From the IMG/VR virus record IMGVR_UViG_2887663082_000001, positions 1-64,000 of that record: 64,000 nt of DNA. One strand, given 5' to 3'. A model generated the notes under the pieces. It was not told the DNA's origin. It saw only the letters and a list, made by a program, of their open reading frames with translations, and ran no database searches. This stretch comes from a virus (Duplodnaviria; Caudoviricetes). Below are positions 10,304 through 19,403 of this stretch, piece after piece. The stretch's first letter is position 1, and every line of letters starts with the position of its first letter. The translations under genes were made by a program, and so were the position numbers.

Positions 10304-10366
10304 AGTGAACTTTTGATAAATTAACGAAACATACTAATTGATTACTTAGTTTATCAAAGGTCACTT
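10304..10366. promoter_or_regulatory. Face-to-face late promoters for prt (+) and darB (-) with an operator-like site between them
   Basis: + AGTGAACTTT-tga-TAAATT (10304-10322); - AAGTGACCTT-tga-TAAACT (10366-10348); ATACTAATTG at 10331. Confidence 0.55.
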
Positions 10367-10371
10367 TTCGA

Positions 10372-12108
10372 ATGCCCAAGTTCCGGCAAGACAACATTTT
10401 GAAAGCGTTAGGTCAGCTACTACCCGGCGTGAAGTCGAACCACGGCAATGTCATGTCGCTGGGAGCCACCAGCAGCGGCGGCGGCGGCTTCATGAGCGTG
10501 TTTTCGCGCTCCTGCCTGTTGGGCAAGGATGAAACCGAAAATTCTGCTGATGGTTCGATGGTGAGCTCTGGCCGTGATCTGCTAAATGACGCGACACTTC
10601 CATTCGAGCGCCTGCAAAAGTATCCGTTTCTGGAAGAAATGGCCGCCTATCCGACGATCAGCCAGGCGCTCTATATCCACGTGTCCTATGCGTTCTCAAT
10701 CAATAAGCGCACCAATCTTTCCTTCGAATTTCAGCCGGTAACGGATGAAGACGACGCAGGGAATAAGGCAGCTCAAGAGATATGCCAGGAGTTAACGAGT
10801 GATATCGGTCTGAAGGTTAATGCTGAGCTCCCCAGCTGGGGGCTAATCATGGCCATCTTCGGTGTCTGCTACATCCGCCCGCATATCGAGCAGAAAGTCG
10901 GCATCACATCGATGGAGTGCAACTACTACACCCTCCCCTACTTCATTAAGGAGTATTACGTGGGCGGGGACCTGGCAGGCTTCACCGGTGATTACCTGAA
11001 AGATGAGACCGGCGCGCTCACATTCGCTAAACCGTGGGATATGGTTTCGATGAAAATCCCGCTTTGGCATCCAAGCCGCCAGAACATGCCGATCTATACC
11101 GGTTCGGAGCAGTTCAGTCTGCTTTCTGAGCCGTCTAAACGTATGCCGGTGGAGACACAGAACTACGGGACCAGTCTTCTCCAGAATGCATACGAGCCGT
11201 ACCTGAATCTGCGCGGCGCTATCCGGGCCCTGAAAGCGTCACGCTACAACGCCAGCAAAATAGACAGGCTGATTGGCCTGAACATGGATAATCTCGATCC
11301 GGCGCGCGCAGCACTCTATGGTCGCACGGTATCCGAGCAGTTGAAAAAATCCTCCATTCAGATGGAGAAACGCGCTCGCGGTAACAATACCGCGCCGGTG
11401 GTTACCAACACCGTATTGCCAATACTGGCGAACGGTAAAGGGCAAATGACCATCGATACCCAGTCGATGCCCGCCGATATCTCTGGCATTGAAGACATCA
11501 TGTTTCACATCAAGCAGCTGGCGTCTGCACTTAACCTCGATTACACAATGCTCGGCTTTGCCGACCAGATGGCCGGAGGCCTTGGCGAGGGCGGCTTCCT
11601 CCGCACCAGCATACAGGCCGGGATGGTCGCGGGCTGGCTGCGCGGCGGGGCCGCTGAGACTATCTATCGGCTTTGCGATATCCACCTGGCGAGTAAATAC
11701 GGAAAGGTTTACCCATCCGGAGATCGACCATACAAAATCGTTTTCAACTCTATGGCCACCAGCATCGAGCTGGAGGAAAGCGCCGCCATGGACAGCCATG
11801 CGAACTATGCGAGCGTGTTCGTCACCATCGCCGACGCTATATGCCAAAACCCGTCCCTGGCGAAATCCAATACCTTCAAACAGATCGTCCTTGGCGACGT
11901 CCTGAAAATCCCATCCACGAAGCTTGAGGCTCTGCTGACAGAACTTAAGACCTCGCAGGATGAGGAGGAAGGCAACTTCGGCAACGGCGGTAAGAAAGGC
12001 ATGTTTGAAAGTGTCACCCACCGGCCAGATGCCGAAATGTGCGAGTTCATCAGATCGATGGACCAGCGCGACCTGCAAAACATCATTATCGAAGCGTTTA
12101 AAGAATGA
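10372..12108 (+). CDS. prt: Portal protein
   Basis: 578 aa; divergent from darB; GGLGEGGFLRTS and IEDIMFH motifs of P1-type portals. Confidence 0.8.
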   Translation: MPKFRQDNILKALGQLLPGVKSNHGNVMSLGATSSGGGGFMSVFSRSCLLGKDETENSADGSMVSSGRDLLNDATLPFERLQKYPFLEEMAAYPTISQALYIHVSYAFSINKRTNLSFEFQPVTDEDDAGNKAAQEICQELTSDIGLKVNAELPSWGLIMAIFGVCYIRPHIEQKVGITSMECNYYTLPYFIKEYYVGGDLAGFTGDYLKDETGALTFAKPWDMVSMKIPLWHPSRQNMPIYTGSEQFSLLSEPSKRMPVETQNYGTSLLQNAYEPYLNLRGAIRALKASRYNASKIDRLIGLNMDNLDPARAALYGRTVSEQLKKSSIQMEKRARGNNTAPVVTNTVLPILANGKGQMTIDTQSMPADISGIEDIMFHIKQLASALNLDYTMLGFADQMAGGLGEGGFLRTSIQAGMVAGWLRGGAAETIYRLCDIHLASKYGKVYPSGDRPYKIVFNSMATSIELEESAAMDSHANYASVFVTIADAICQNPSLAKSNTFKQIVLGDVLKIPSTKLEALLTELKTSQDEEEGNFGNGGKKGMFESVTHRPDAEMCEFIRSMDQRDLQNIIIEAFKE

Positions 12109-13163
12109 GGACCAATATGGCACCTGAATTTAAAACCCTGTTAACCCACACGGACCGCTTCTCGCTGTTCAATAAAGTGCGTATAGGTAAGCAGAACAAC
12201 CGTAACTACATCCTGGAAGCTGTTAAGCGAATGATTAACAGCCCGGAAACCAGAGAAGGCCTGCGCCTGGGTGAGCTCTATGGTTACTATGGCCATAGCC
12301 GCCGCGAGCTGGCTAAAAACGTGGAACTTCCGGAAACCGCTGTCGTGATGGTAGAGGGTAAGCCGGTCGTATTGGATAACGTTCCCGGCAGCCGCACTAT
12401 CTCAATCTCAGTCGATGATGATGGCGTGGTGACTCATACCGAGGAGATCCTTGATACTCCAACCGGGCGCATTATCGCCAGTATGCTCGAATCGCGCGCC
12501 GGTGGCTGGTCGTGGGTTACCACTGGCCGCGACTCTCCGGCTGCATCAATCCCTACCGGCTTTTTCGGCTTTGATTACGTGACAATGCCGAACTTCATCA
12601 GCATGGATCATCCAGCGGCTATGCGCGAGAGCGCAGACGACCGTGATACGGCCATTACTGAGGCCCTTATCAAGCAAAAATTCACTGAGGACGACGCGAC
12701 CAACATCGTTAAGCATTACGCTGACCTCAGCCATCGAGAAGTTATGTTCGAGAGCATCCAGCGCATCGAAGAACTCGAAACTGCTCAGCTGGTGGCCGCT
12801 GGCGAATTGCTTGATAAGGATCGTCAGTTAGAAGAGCAGAAAACCATGCTCGAATCGTTGAAAAATATCGAATCCGAACAGGCAACGAAAACCCGCGAGC
12901 GTATGGCCATGTTTGAGCGGGTTCTCGATAAGCTGCCGATATTCACCAATCAGCGCCAGCGGGATGCCATCGCAAACATGAATACGGAAGAAGACTTCGC
13001 CATCGTCGATAAGCTTTTCGAATCGCTGGCCAGCCCCGCCATGCGCACGCTGCCGGTGGAACAGATCACCACCAGCGCGCAACAGCCTAAACCTCGCAAT
13101 GCTGAGCCAGTCGATAAATCCAGCATCATCAACTTTGAAAGCACCACGCGCCACTTTGGCTAA
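12105..13163 (+). CDS. pro: Head processing protease
   Basis: Follows prt; GYYGH, GGWSW and GFDYV..PNF motifs; coiled-coil C-terminus; likely start 12117. Confidence 0.8.
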   Translation: MRTNMAPEFKTLLTHTDRFSLFNKVRIGKQNNRNYILEAVKRMINSPETREGLRLGELYGYYGHSRRELAKNVELPETAVVMVEGKPVVLDNVPGSRTISISVDDDGVVTHTEEILDTPTGRIIASMLESRAGGWSWVTTGRDSPAASIPTGFFGFDYVTMPNFISMDHPAAMRESADDRDTAITEALIKQKFTEDDATNIVKHYADLSHREVMFESIQRIEELETAQLVAAGELLDKDRQLEEQKTMLESLKNIESEQATKTRERMAMFERVLDKLPIFTNQRQRDAIANMNTEEDFAIVDKLFESLASPAMRTLPVEQITTSAQQPKPRNAEPVDKSSIINFESTTRHFG

Positions 13164-13172
13164 GGGATAACC

Positions 13173-13361
13173 ATGAAGAACCCGATCATGAAGTATTTTA
13201 CGTATGAGCACTTACCGCCCATCTTGCAGGAGGTAAGTAAACCCATAGGCGAATTGGCCCAGCTTATGGATAGCACGCTCCCGGATAGCCCTGAAAAATC
13301 CGCAGGGCTGCGTAAGCTGCTCGAAGCAAAGGATGCCCTGGTCCGAGCTAAGTTAGGCTAA
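13173..13361 (+). CDS. 62-aa helical hairpin protein, possibly Acb2/Tad1-hairpin-like
   Basis: Good RBS and a terminator downstream; pattern FTY-H-P...ELA...PDSPEKSAGLRKLLEAKDALVRA. Confidence 0.6.
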   Translation: MKNPIMKYFTYEHLPPILQEVSKPIGELAQLMDSTLPDSPEKSAGLRKLLEAKDALVRAKLG

Positions 13362-13370
13362 CAGAGAGCT

Positions 13371-13394
13371 AAAGCCCCGCCAGGGGCTTTTTTT
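13371..13394 (+). terminator. Rho-independent terminator
   Basis: aaagcccc-gcca-ggggcttt followed by a T tract. Confidence 0.85.
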
Positions 13395-13466
13395 ATGACG
13401 TTTGATAGCGACACAACCGCAACAATAAATTAGTATTTTCTGTAAAGCCAAATACAAGGGGAAAAC

Positions 13467-13904
13467 GTGAATACCCAAAGCTCTACGATAAAACACGCCA
13501 GTAAGGCGACAATACGAAAAAACCGGGCGCAACGCCTACTGATTAAAGAACTCTTCCCTGCTCTTTTTCAGGGTAACCACCCGCTGCCGATGAAGAACGG
13601 CATCAAAGACGATATGCTCACGCAAATCGTCAGACGTGGCCTGGATATTTCTGAGGAAAAATTACAGCAGTCGTTGCGCGCATGCTGCTGCTCGCAGGTT
13701 TATCAGATGCGGATAGTTAACGCCCGCACCCGGCGCGACATCGATGGAAAACCGGTTGAGCTGATCAGCCGAGAAGACAAGAAGCATGCATGGAACCGGA
13801 TCTGCAAGTACCGAAAAGAGAACGGGTTGAAACCCTTGCCGTACCCATTGAAAGGCAAGAAAGACCCACGAAAAACGAAAGATGGTAACAGGACCTTAAG
13901 ATAG
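13467..13904 (+). CDS. ProQ/FinO family RNA chaperone
   Basis: LFPALF...PLPMKNGIKDDM...Y...RRDIDGKPVELISREDKKHA fits the FinO domain. Confidence 0.85.
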   Translation: MNTQSSTIKHASKATIRKNRAQRLLIKELFPALFQGNHPLPMKNGIKDDMLTQIVRRGLDISEEKLQQSLRACCCSQVYQMRIVNARTRRDIDGKPVELISREDKKHAWNRICKYRKENGLKPLPYPLKGKKDPRKTKDGNRTLR

Positions 13905-14081
13905 CAATTTGGCATATCGGCTGCGACAGCCGCAATCAACAGATCTGACTGCAAAGCTTAAGATTGTAGTCAGATCTGTTACCCCCCCTTAAAAATTGCT
14001 CGATACATATGCAGAGCACTTATCGACAACGATAAAACATAGGCATAAAATGAATTAACAGAAAATTTAGGGTTATTGATA

Positions 14082-14612
14082 ATGGAAAAAAACAAAGGAG
14101 TGCTTAAGTACCCTGCCCTCTTTTACTTAGCAGGCATAGTACCAATAGCATTAATTTTTTTGATTAACGCTACACTTCCCAACTCAGCCTTAATTCAATC
14201 TCTTTATTCTATCTCGATAGGACATGTACGGTCTTACTCAGAACAATTTCTTCAAGTAAGTTCTATCGCCTCGGCCTATACCAAAACAGCGCCGCTTTTT
14301 GTGTTCATATTGTATGTTCTATGCTGGCGAAAGATACGTTTATCGCCTGTCGATTTAGACGTTGCTAAATGGTGGAAACTACTGCCTTTACTCATACTGC
14401 TGATTATTGCTATTTTTGCCTTAACATATATTGGCGAGCAGAACATGACAACAACCAGTAAAAAAATAATTCGACTAGCATCAGGAAACCAAACTTTCCT
14501 ATTCGTATATTACATTGGTATGTTTGGTGTTAATTACTTCTTCACTTGGCTTATGGCGTTCTATATTCAAGTGTACGCAGAGTTTAAGAATAAAACTGGC
14601 AGCATCAAATAA
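14082..14612 (+). CDS. Immunity protein for a pore-forming colicin (A-type, multi-TM)
   Basis: About 176 aa with several hydrophobic segments; convergent with the colicin gene; SSIASAYTKTAP motif. Confidence 0.85.
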   Translation: MEKNKGVLKYPALFYLAGIVPIALIFLINATLPNSALIQSLYSISIGHVRSYSEQFLQVSSIASAYTKTAPLFVFILYVLCWRKIRLSPVDLDVAKWWKLLPLLILLIIAIFALTYIGEQNMTTTSKKIIRLASGNQTFLFVYYIGMFGVNYFFTWLMAFYIQVYAEFKNKTGSIK

Positions 14613-14613
14613 T

Positions 14614-14634
14614 AAAGCGGGCTAAGCCCGCTTT
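14614..14634. terminator. Bidirectional terminator between colicin and immunity genes
   Basis: aaagcgggc-taa-gcccgcttt. Confidence 0.8.
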
Positions 14635-14637
14635 CAA

Positions 14638-15756
14638 TTAATGTTTGAAGAGATTTATAACCTCTTTGTTCAAACGATCAGCCGCTGCTGCATCTATGAA
14701 TGAAGTAGCGTACGCTATAAATACTATAGCAAAATAGGAGACAACAACTGTCAGAGTCGCAGGTAGTGCGGCTGTTAGCAACCCAAGAATCGCAGTAACT
14801 ATTGCAATGGAGATGCTACCTGCAATCCCACTTAATACCATTGATTCAACTTCTAAACCAAGTGGTTTCCAGTTACCGGTTTGCACTCCCACTATAGCGG
14901 CTTCACGCACAGATTCTATTTTCAAAGCACGGTCTGCAACAGCAAATCCTTTGGATAGATTTTTCAGCTTATTAGAAATATCTGTCAGATTTAAGTTCCG
15001 CAAAGCGTTCGCAACTGCTGTTTTATCAGCAGCGCTAAGTTTGAGATTTGGATTCGCCATGAGACTGTTTAATGTCTTCATCGCATCATCAAAGCTTCTG
15101 ACCTTCTTGCCTTGGAAGTTTTTTATATCATTAGCGACTATTGCTGCAATATTTTTATACTGTGCAGAAAGTTTGGTTGTAACTTGCCCGCCTACATCAG
15201 CGATAATTGCACTCGCCCCAAGCAAAAGGCTTTTTTCATCCTTACTCATTTGATAACGTTTTACAATAGCCAATGCTTGATCATTCATCATCTGATCAGG
15301 ACGACTCGCGCCACCATCAACGTATACGGACTTATATGTGCCAGATTTGATATTGTAAATAACGCGATATTGTTCTTTGCCAAACCCGACAAAGTAGCCA
15401 ATCTCATTCGAATCTTTAGACCACGATTCACCTACAACAGGTTTACTTAGTGAACCTTTAGTTCCACTTGCCGAAGTCCAACCAGCGATGTTAGCAGTGA
15501 ATTTGGGAGAGCGACCGTTACCATTATTCACACCGCCAGTGGTCCCTGACGAAGTTACAGAGCTGCCTGAACCACTAAAAGTTATCCCCATCCCCCCAGA
15601 TATAGGATCATGAAAACCCGTAGCGGTCATGCCATCTGCGCCATTGCCTCCTGTACCGCCACCACTTCCAGATGTTCCATTAATATTGCCACTGGGCTGA
15701 CCACCACTATGCCCTAAACCTGTATTGCCCGGACCATTACCATCACCGCCACTCAT
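14638..15756 (-). CDS. Short pore-forming colicin-like bacteriocin (colicin N/A-type architecture)
   Basis: MSGGDGNGPG Gly-rich translocation region; AAGGAG RBS; pore domain IKNFQGKKVRSFDDAM...TGNWKPLGLEVES plus a hydrophobic hairpin; 372 aa. Confidence 0.92.
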   Translation of the reverse strand: MSGGDGNGPGNTGLGHSGGQPSGNINGTSGSGGGTGGNGADGMTATGFHDPISGGMGITFSGSGSSVTSSGTTGGVNNGNGRSPKFTANIAGWTSASGTKGSLSKPVVGESWSKDSNEIGYFVGFGKEQYRVIYNIKSGTYKSVYVDGGASRPDQMMNDQALAIVKRYQMSKDEKSLLLGASAIIADVGGQVTTKLSAQYKNIAAIVANDIKNFQGKKVRSFDDAMKTLNSLMANPNLKLSAADKTAVANALRNLNLTDISNKLKNLSKGFAVADRALKIESVREAAIVGVQTGNWKPLGLEVESMVLSGIAGSISIAIVTAILGLLTAALPATLTVVVSYFAIVFIAYATSFIDAAAADRLNKEVINLFKH

Positions 15757-16016
15757 GACTATCTCCTTGTTTGTGAATAAATGCATAAGCCTTATGAATT
15801 ACTCCTGAAAAACCACTCGGTCAAGACAACAAAACATACTAATTATTAAAAGTAGTGATTTATCACAAAGAAACTCAAAAATTTGTGGGGATGATGCGGG
15901 ATGGATACCTGACTGAAAAGAAGCAAATCTATCAAGAATTACGCAAAAAAATTGGTCATGAGCAACATAAAGAGTATTGTATCTACACGTTTTTGATACC
16001 TTTTTAACGGATAAAC

Positions 16017-16463
16017 ATGACAAAAATAATATTGATTGGAGTATTAACTTCTGCACTAACATCAACAGGTGCGCACGCAGCGATCACAAGCCATTGGACA
16101 TCAGGCGAATCAAAAGGAGTTCAGGCGTTCAATGTCAATGCAAAAAATGGCGTTGAATTAAGCGTTAATTGTGATTCATCAGGCAACAGAGATTTATTCA
16201 TTACTATTCCAGGCAAGCATGAATGGGTAACCCCTGATAAAAATAAAATCCAACTTCATTTAGGTGAAGACTCCTATCCCATCGAAGCATTAGGGACAAA
16301 CTACGGGGATTCATGGTGGTTCAACCTTTGGAAAGACGCAGCTGAATCTGATGAAAAAGTAATGACTATATTTGTCGACTCGAAGGAAACAGCAAGTGTC
16401 ACCTTGAAAGGTTTTAAACAACTTTATTCCTCTCAAGATGCTATGGATTGCTTGCGTCGTTAA
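16017..16463 (+). CDS. Hypothetical exported protein
   Basis: Signal peptide ending AHA; 148 aa; terminator-like hairpin at about 16466-16491. Confidence 0.7.
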   Translation: MTKIILIGVLTSALTSTGAHAAITSHWTSGESKGVQAFNVNAKNGVELSVNCDSSGNRDLFITIPGKHEWVTPDKNKIQLHLGEDSYPIEALGTNYGDSWWFNLWKDAAESDEKVMTIFVDSKETASVTLKGFKQLYSSQDAMDCLRR

Positions 16464-16491
16464 TTAAAAAGCCCCGGTTGGGGCTTATTTT

Positions 16492-16845
16492 TTAATCACT
16501 GCCGATATCCTTCATCCACTGAAGTCCAGCCATATGAACTCCAACCCCGCAAAGGAATGCAAAAATACCTATTACCCAGCTCGCGCCTGATGATTCGAAC
16601 AATGTCCCAATGCCATAGCCGATAGCCCCCCAAACAAGGCTCAGCAAGAACAGCAATGGCACGGCAATCACCTTAAACTGTAGGCCGATCATCAGTGCTG
16701 CAAACGTGCCACCACCTACCCACCAAGATTGCTTCATAAAACCGGCTGCAATGGCAATGATGAAAATCTCAGCAATCAATATTCCTGAATGTTCTTCGTT
16801 AAATTTGGCATTTGTCATGCCCTTTCTTACATCATCTGATGACAT
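16492..16845 (-). CDS. Hypothetical multi-pass membrane protein
   Basis: Three to four hydrophobic helices; likely start MSSDD at 16845 (GAGG upstream). Confidence 0.7.
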   Translation of the reverse strand: MSSDDVRKGMTNAKFNEEHSGILIAEIFIIAIAAGFMKQSWWVGGGTFAALMIGLQFKVIAVPLLFLLSLVWGAIGYGIGTLFESSGASWVIGIFAFLCGVGVHMAGLQWMKDIGSD

Positions 16846-16855
16846 ACATCCCTCG

Positions 16856-17701
16856 TTAATAAGCATTAAAATCAATCAAATCGTATTGAACAAGCCCTTC
16901 CCAAGACGGTATAGAGTTTGCTGGTTGCATGACGCAGGCTAAAACCATCATGTCATATTGATCTTTGTAGTATTGCTGAGTCGAGTCCAATGAACTCATT
17001 TTTGAATATTTTTGCCCACTAAAGATTGAAGAGGCATTTGCGGCGTCTTTTCTATTAGTCGAAACCGCCTTTAATATGTATTCAACATAGTCAGTCGAAA
17101 GACCTATGTTTTTGGCATGCTGGAGAGCAGATACAAGGTATTTTTCATCTTTAGTTGAAAGGTATCCATATGTATCTCCAGTAACGCCCATGTACTGCTC
17201 GCATGCCGTTTGGACCGACATTTTTCCTTTAGCTGGCTTACGATGTGCTGGTTTAGTTTCCTTTTCTGGAGGTGCAGCTGGTGGAGGAGCATTAGGATCT
17301 TCTGTGGTTATATTTTTTACGTCGAGTAGAAGTGGCGTATGTTCTTCTGCCTTTGTGGAGTAAAACAGATGCCCTATTGCAAACACCTCTTTGCCTTCGA
17401 ATGCTTTGGCTTGGTCATTTTCAACCGCTAACTGAATCTTGGTTTTATCACCATCTGGGGCGTTCTTTGCGCAGACTTCTTCGTTTTTGGCTTCAGTAAA
17501 GAGAACCCACTTTGGACCTGGCGCGGCTCCCGTATACGTCACTTGCCTTAAGACTCCGTGAATTGCCAAATAATCACCTGGAGACATACACTCAGCTTGC
17601 GCAGCGGCGGACAAACAAATCCCTAACACCCCAGCAATGAGAGGAGTTTTCAAATTGAAATCCTGTTTTGTAAATTTTCGTAATATGAAGGTATCAGACA
17701 C
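16856..17701 (-). CDS. Exported two-domain protein at the P1 sim position
   Basis: Signal peptide ending AQA; Pro-rich linker; divergent from c4 copy 2. Confidence 0.65.
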   Translation of the reverse strand: MSDTFILRKFTKQDFNLKTPLIAGVLGICLSAAAQAECMSPGDYLAIHGVLRQVTYTGAAPGPKWVLFTEAKNEEVCAKNAPDGDKTKIQLAVENDQAKAFEGKEVFAIGHLFYSTKAEEHTPLLLDVKNITTEDPNAPPPAAPPEKETKPAHRKPAKGKMSVQTACEQYMGVTGDTYGYLSTKDEKYLVSALQHAKNIGLSTDYVEYILKAVSTNRKDAANASSIFSGQKYSKMSSLDSTQQYYKDQYDMMVLACVMQPANSIPSWEGLVQYDLIDFNAY

Positions 17702-17854
17702 AAGATAGCGAAATTTTGATCTAACTCACTGAAATTACATTACCATTTTTAGAAAACAGCCTATATATTCACCAAAATACCACTAAAAACAGATAATACT
17801 AAATAATTTCTTTGTTTATCCCCGCATTTAATGTACTGTTTTTAGGCTGATGTG

Positions 17855-17884
17855 TTGACGCCTGCTGGTGGTTCAGAGTAAGGT
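17855..17884 (+). promoter_or_regulatory. Sigma70 promoter of the c4-icd-ant operon, copy 2
   Basis: TTGACG-18 nt-TAAGGT; operator-like ATACTAAAT at about 17795. Confidence 0.65.
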
Positions 17885-17996
17885 TTCGTTGTTGCAGCAA
17901 AATCTGTGACCGGGTGTGGAAACCCGAATCGTTTACTAGAGGGCACAACACGCGCCTGCGTGTTTTTTTGTGCCTATGCCTAACCGCATCAATATT

Positions 17997-18075
17997 ATGG
18001 TGGGGCGTATAGGGCCGACTTCGGTCGGGCCGGGTTCTCTAGTGACCGGTTTTCCACCCCTGTACGTCTCACCAC
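17997..18075 (+). ncRNA. c4: C4 antisense RNA, copy 2
   Basis: Stem ATGGTGGGGCGTATAGGG...CCCTGTACGTCTCACCA; loops CTCTAGTG and TTTTCCAC are complementary to flanking boxes. Confidence 0.85.
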
Positions 18076-18131
18076 CAGCGGTTGTGGAAAACCCAGTGGT
18101 GATTACTTTCATCACTAGAGAGGTTGCCACT

Positions 18132-18326
18132 ATGGCTACGATCCCTACCCCGTCTCACCCTCAGTTCATCTGGCGATTCTATTCCTGCCAGAAACGCTAC
18201 TGCTACATCGTCATTGCACCTAACGAACCTGAAGCTCGTTCCAAGCTTCCTGACGCTCCGTGTGTGTTTGTTGCCCGGTTCCCTTCTGACTGCGCCACTA
18301 TCTCCTACTGGAGGGCGCGCTCATGA
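18132..18326 (+). CDS. icd: Icd-like protein, copy 2
   Basis: MATIPTPSHPQFIWRFYSCQKR; paralog of 2121..2315. Confidence 0.85.
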   Translation: MATIPTPSHPQFIWRFYSCQKRYCYIVIAPNEPEARSKLPDAPCVFVARFPSDCATISYWRARS

Positions 18327-19321
18327 ACCAGTCTCTATTAACAAACTCGGAAATCCGGTCAGCAGTTGCAAAGCTCCACATCAGCGAACCTGGTGGCACC
18401 ACAGTTCTGGCCAACCACTTCATGATAACGAAAAGCCTTTATGCACGTCCTAACAAACAGGCCTTACATCGCCAACTGGAAAACGAGATCGTTGCATTTA
18501 TGGCATATGAAGAGCACAAGAAAAATCAGGGGAAAGAGATGGTACGCATGACAACAGAAATTGCAGCACCGGTAATTTGCGAGGTAGAGATCACTACGGA
18601 TAGTGAGGGACGTTTTAACCTTAATGCTTTGCACAAAGCTAGCGGCTTAGGTAATCACAAAAAGCCCAGTGAGTGGTTGCGTTCAAAACAAGCAAGAGAA
18701 TTGGTCAAGGAACTTGAATCTAATTTATCAAAAAATAGCCAGAGCGGGAATTCCCGCCCTGCTCAAAAAACAATCATGATTATTAATGGAGGCACTGCGC
18801 CAGGCACCTTCGCCCATGAACTCCTCGCCATCGAGTACGCCGGTTGGATCTCACCGGCTTTCCGGCTGCAGGTGAATCAGACGTTCCTGGACTACCGCAC
18901 CGGCAAGCTGATGCGACCGGCTGCCGAACGTGCCGATTCAACCACACAGGACTTACTGGCTATGCGCGTTCTCGATCTTTCTCAGGAGCTGCTCAATGAA
19001 GTTCGGGAGAATCGCCGCTTACGTGCTGAACAAACTCACCCCACATATCAGCAGTCGACTAATTATTCCTTGTCAGATCATGAACTGCTGCGCGAACGTG
19101 ATGAGCTGGCCGAACGTCTGGGCCAAAGCCGTAACTACGCTACTATCGAGGCTGTTGAGCGCCGGTTAGAGCGTGAATTCGGATGGCACCGGCTGCGCAA
19201 CTGGTGCCTCAGGAATAACGTAGAGCCTCTGGTGCTGCCTAAATTTCAGTGTGTGAACGCATGGCCGCGCGGCGCGTGGATGGCGATGTATGGGGTAGAT
19301 CTGGAACAACTCTTTGGGTAA
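18323..19321 (+). CDS. ant: Ant1/Ant2 antirepressor (KilA-N), copy 2
   Basis: 332 aa; internal Met before the KilA-N domain could give an in-frame Ant2 product as in P1. Confidence 0.85.
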   Translation: MNQSLLTNSEIRSAVAKLHISEPGGTTVLANHFMITKSLYARPNKQALHRQLENEIVAFMAYEEHKKNQGKEMVRMTTEIAAPVICEVEITTDSEGRFNLNALHKASGLGNHKKPSEWLRSKQARELVKELESNLSKNSQSGNSRPAQKTIMIINGGTAPGTFAHELLAIEYAGWISPAFRLQVNQTFLDYRTGKLMRPAAERADSTTQDLLAMRVLDLSQELLNEVRENRRLRAEQTHPTYQQSTNYSLSDHELLRERDELAERLGQSRNYATIEAVERRLEREFGWHRLRNWCLRNNVEPLVLPKFQCVNAWPRGAWMAMYGVDLEQLFG

Positions 19322-19403
19322 GAAATTTAGCAGAGTGCAAAGATGCACTCTGCTTCTTTAACGCCTGCTATCACAAGGTTTCAGGTGAACACACCAGAAA
19401 TTT

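Noticed and set aside
15805-15820. LexA box for the pore-forming colicin
   Set aside because: Ends in CGG rather than CAG and lacks the alternating TA core.
17970-18131. Extended N-terminus of Icd copy 2 (and 2316-2351 for copy 1)
   Set aside because: It runs through the C4 RNA and its target boxes; paralog alignment and the RBS support the MAT starts.
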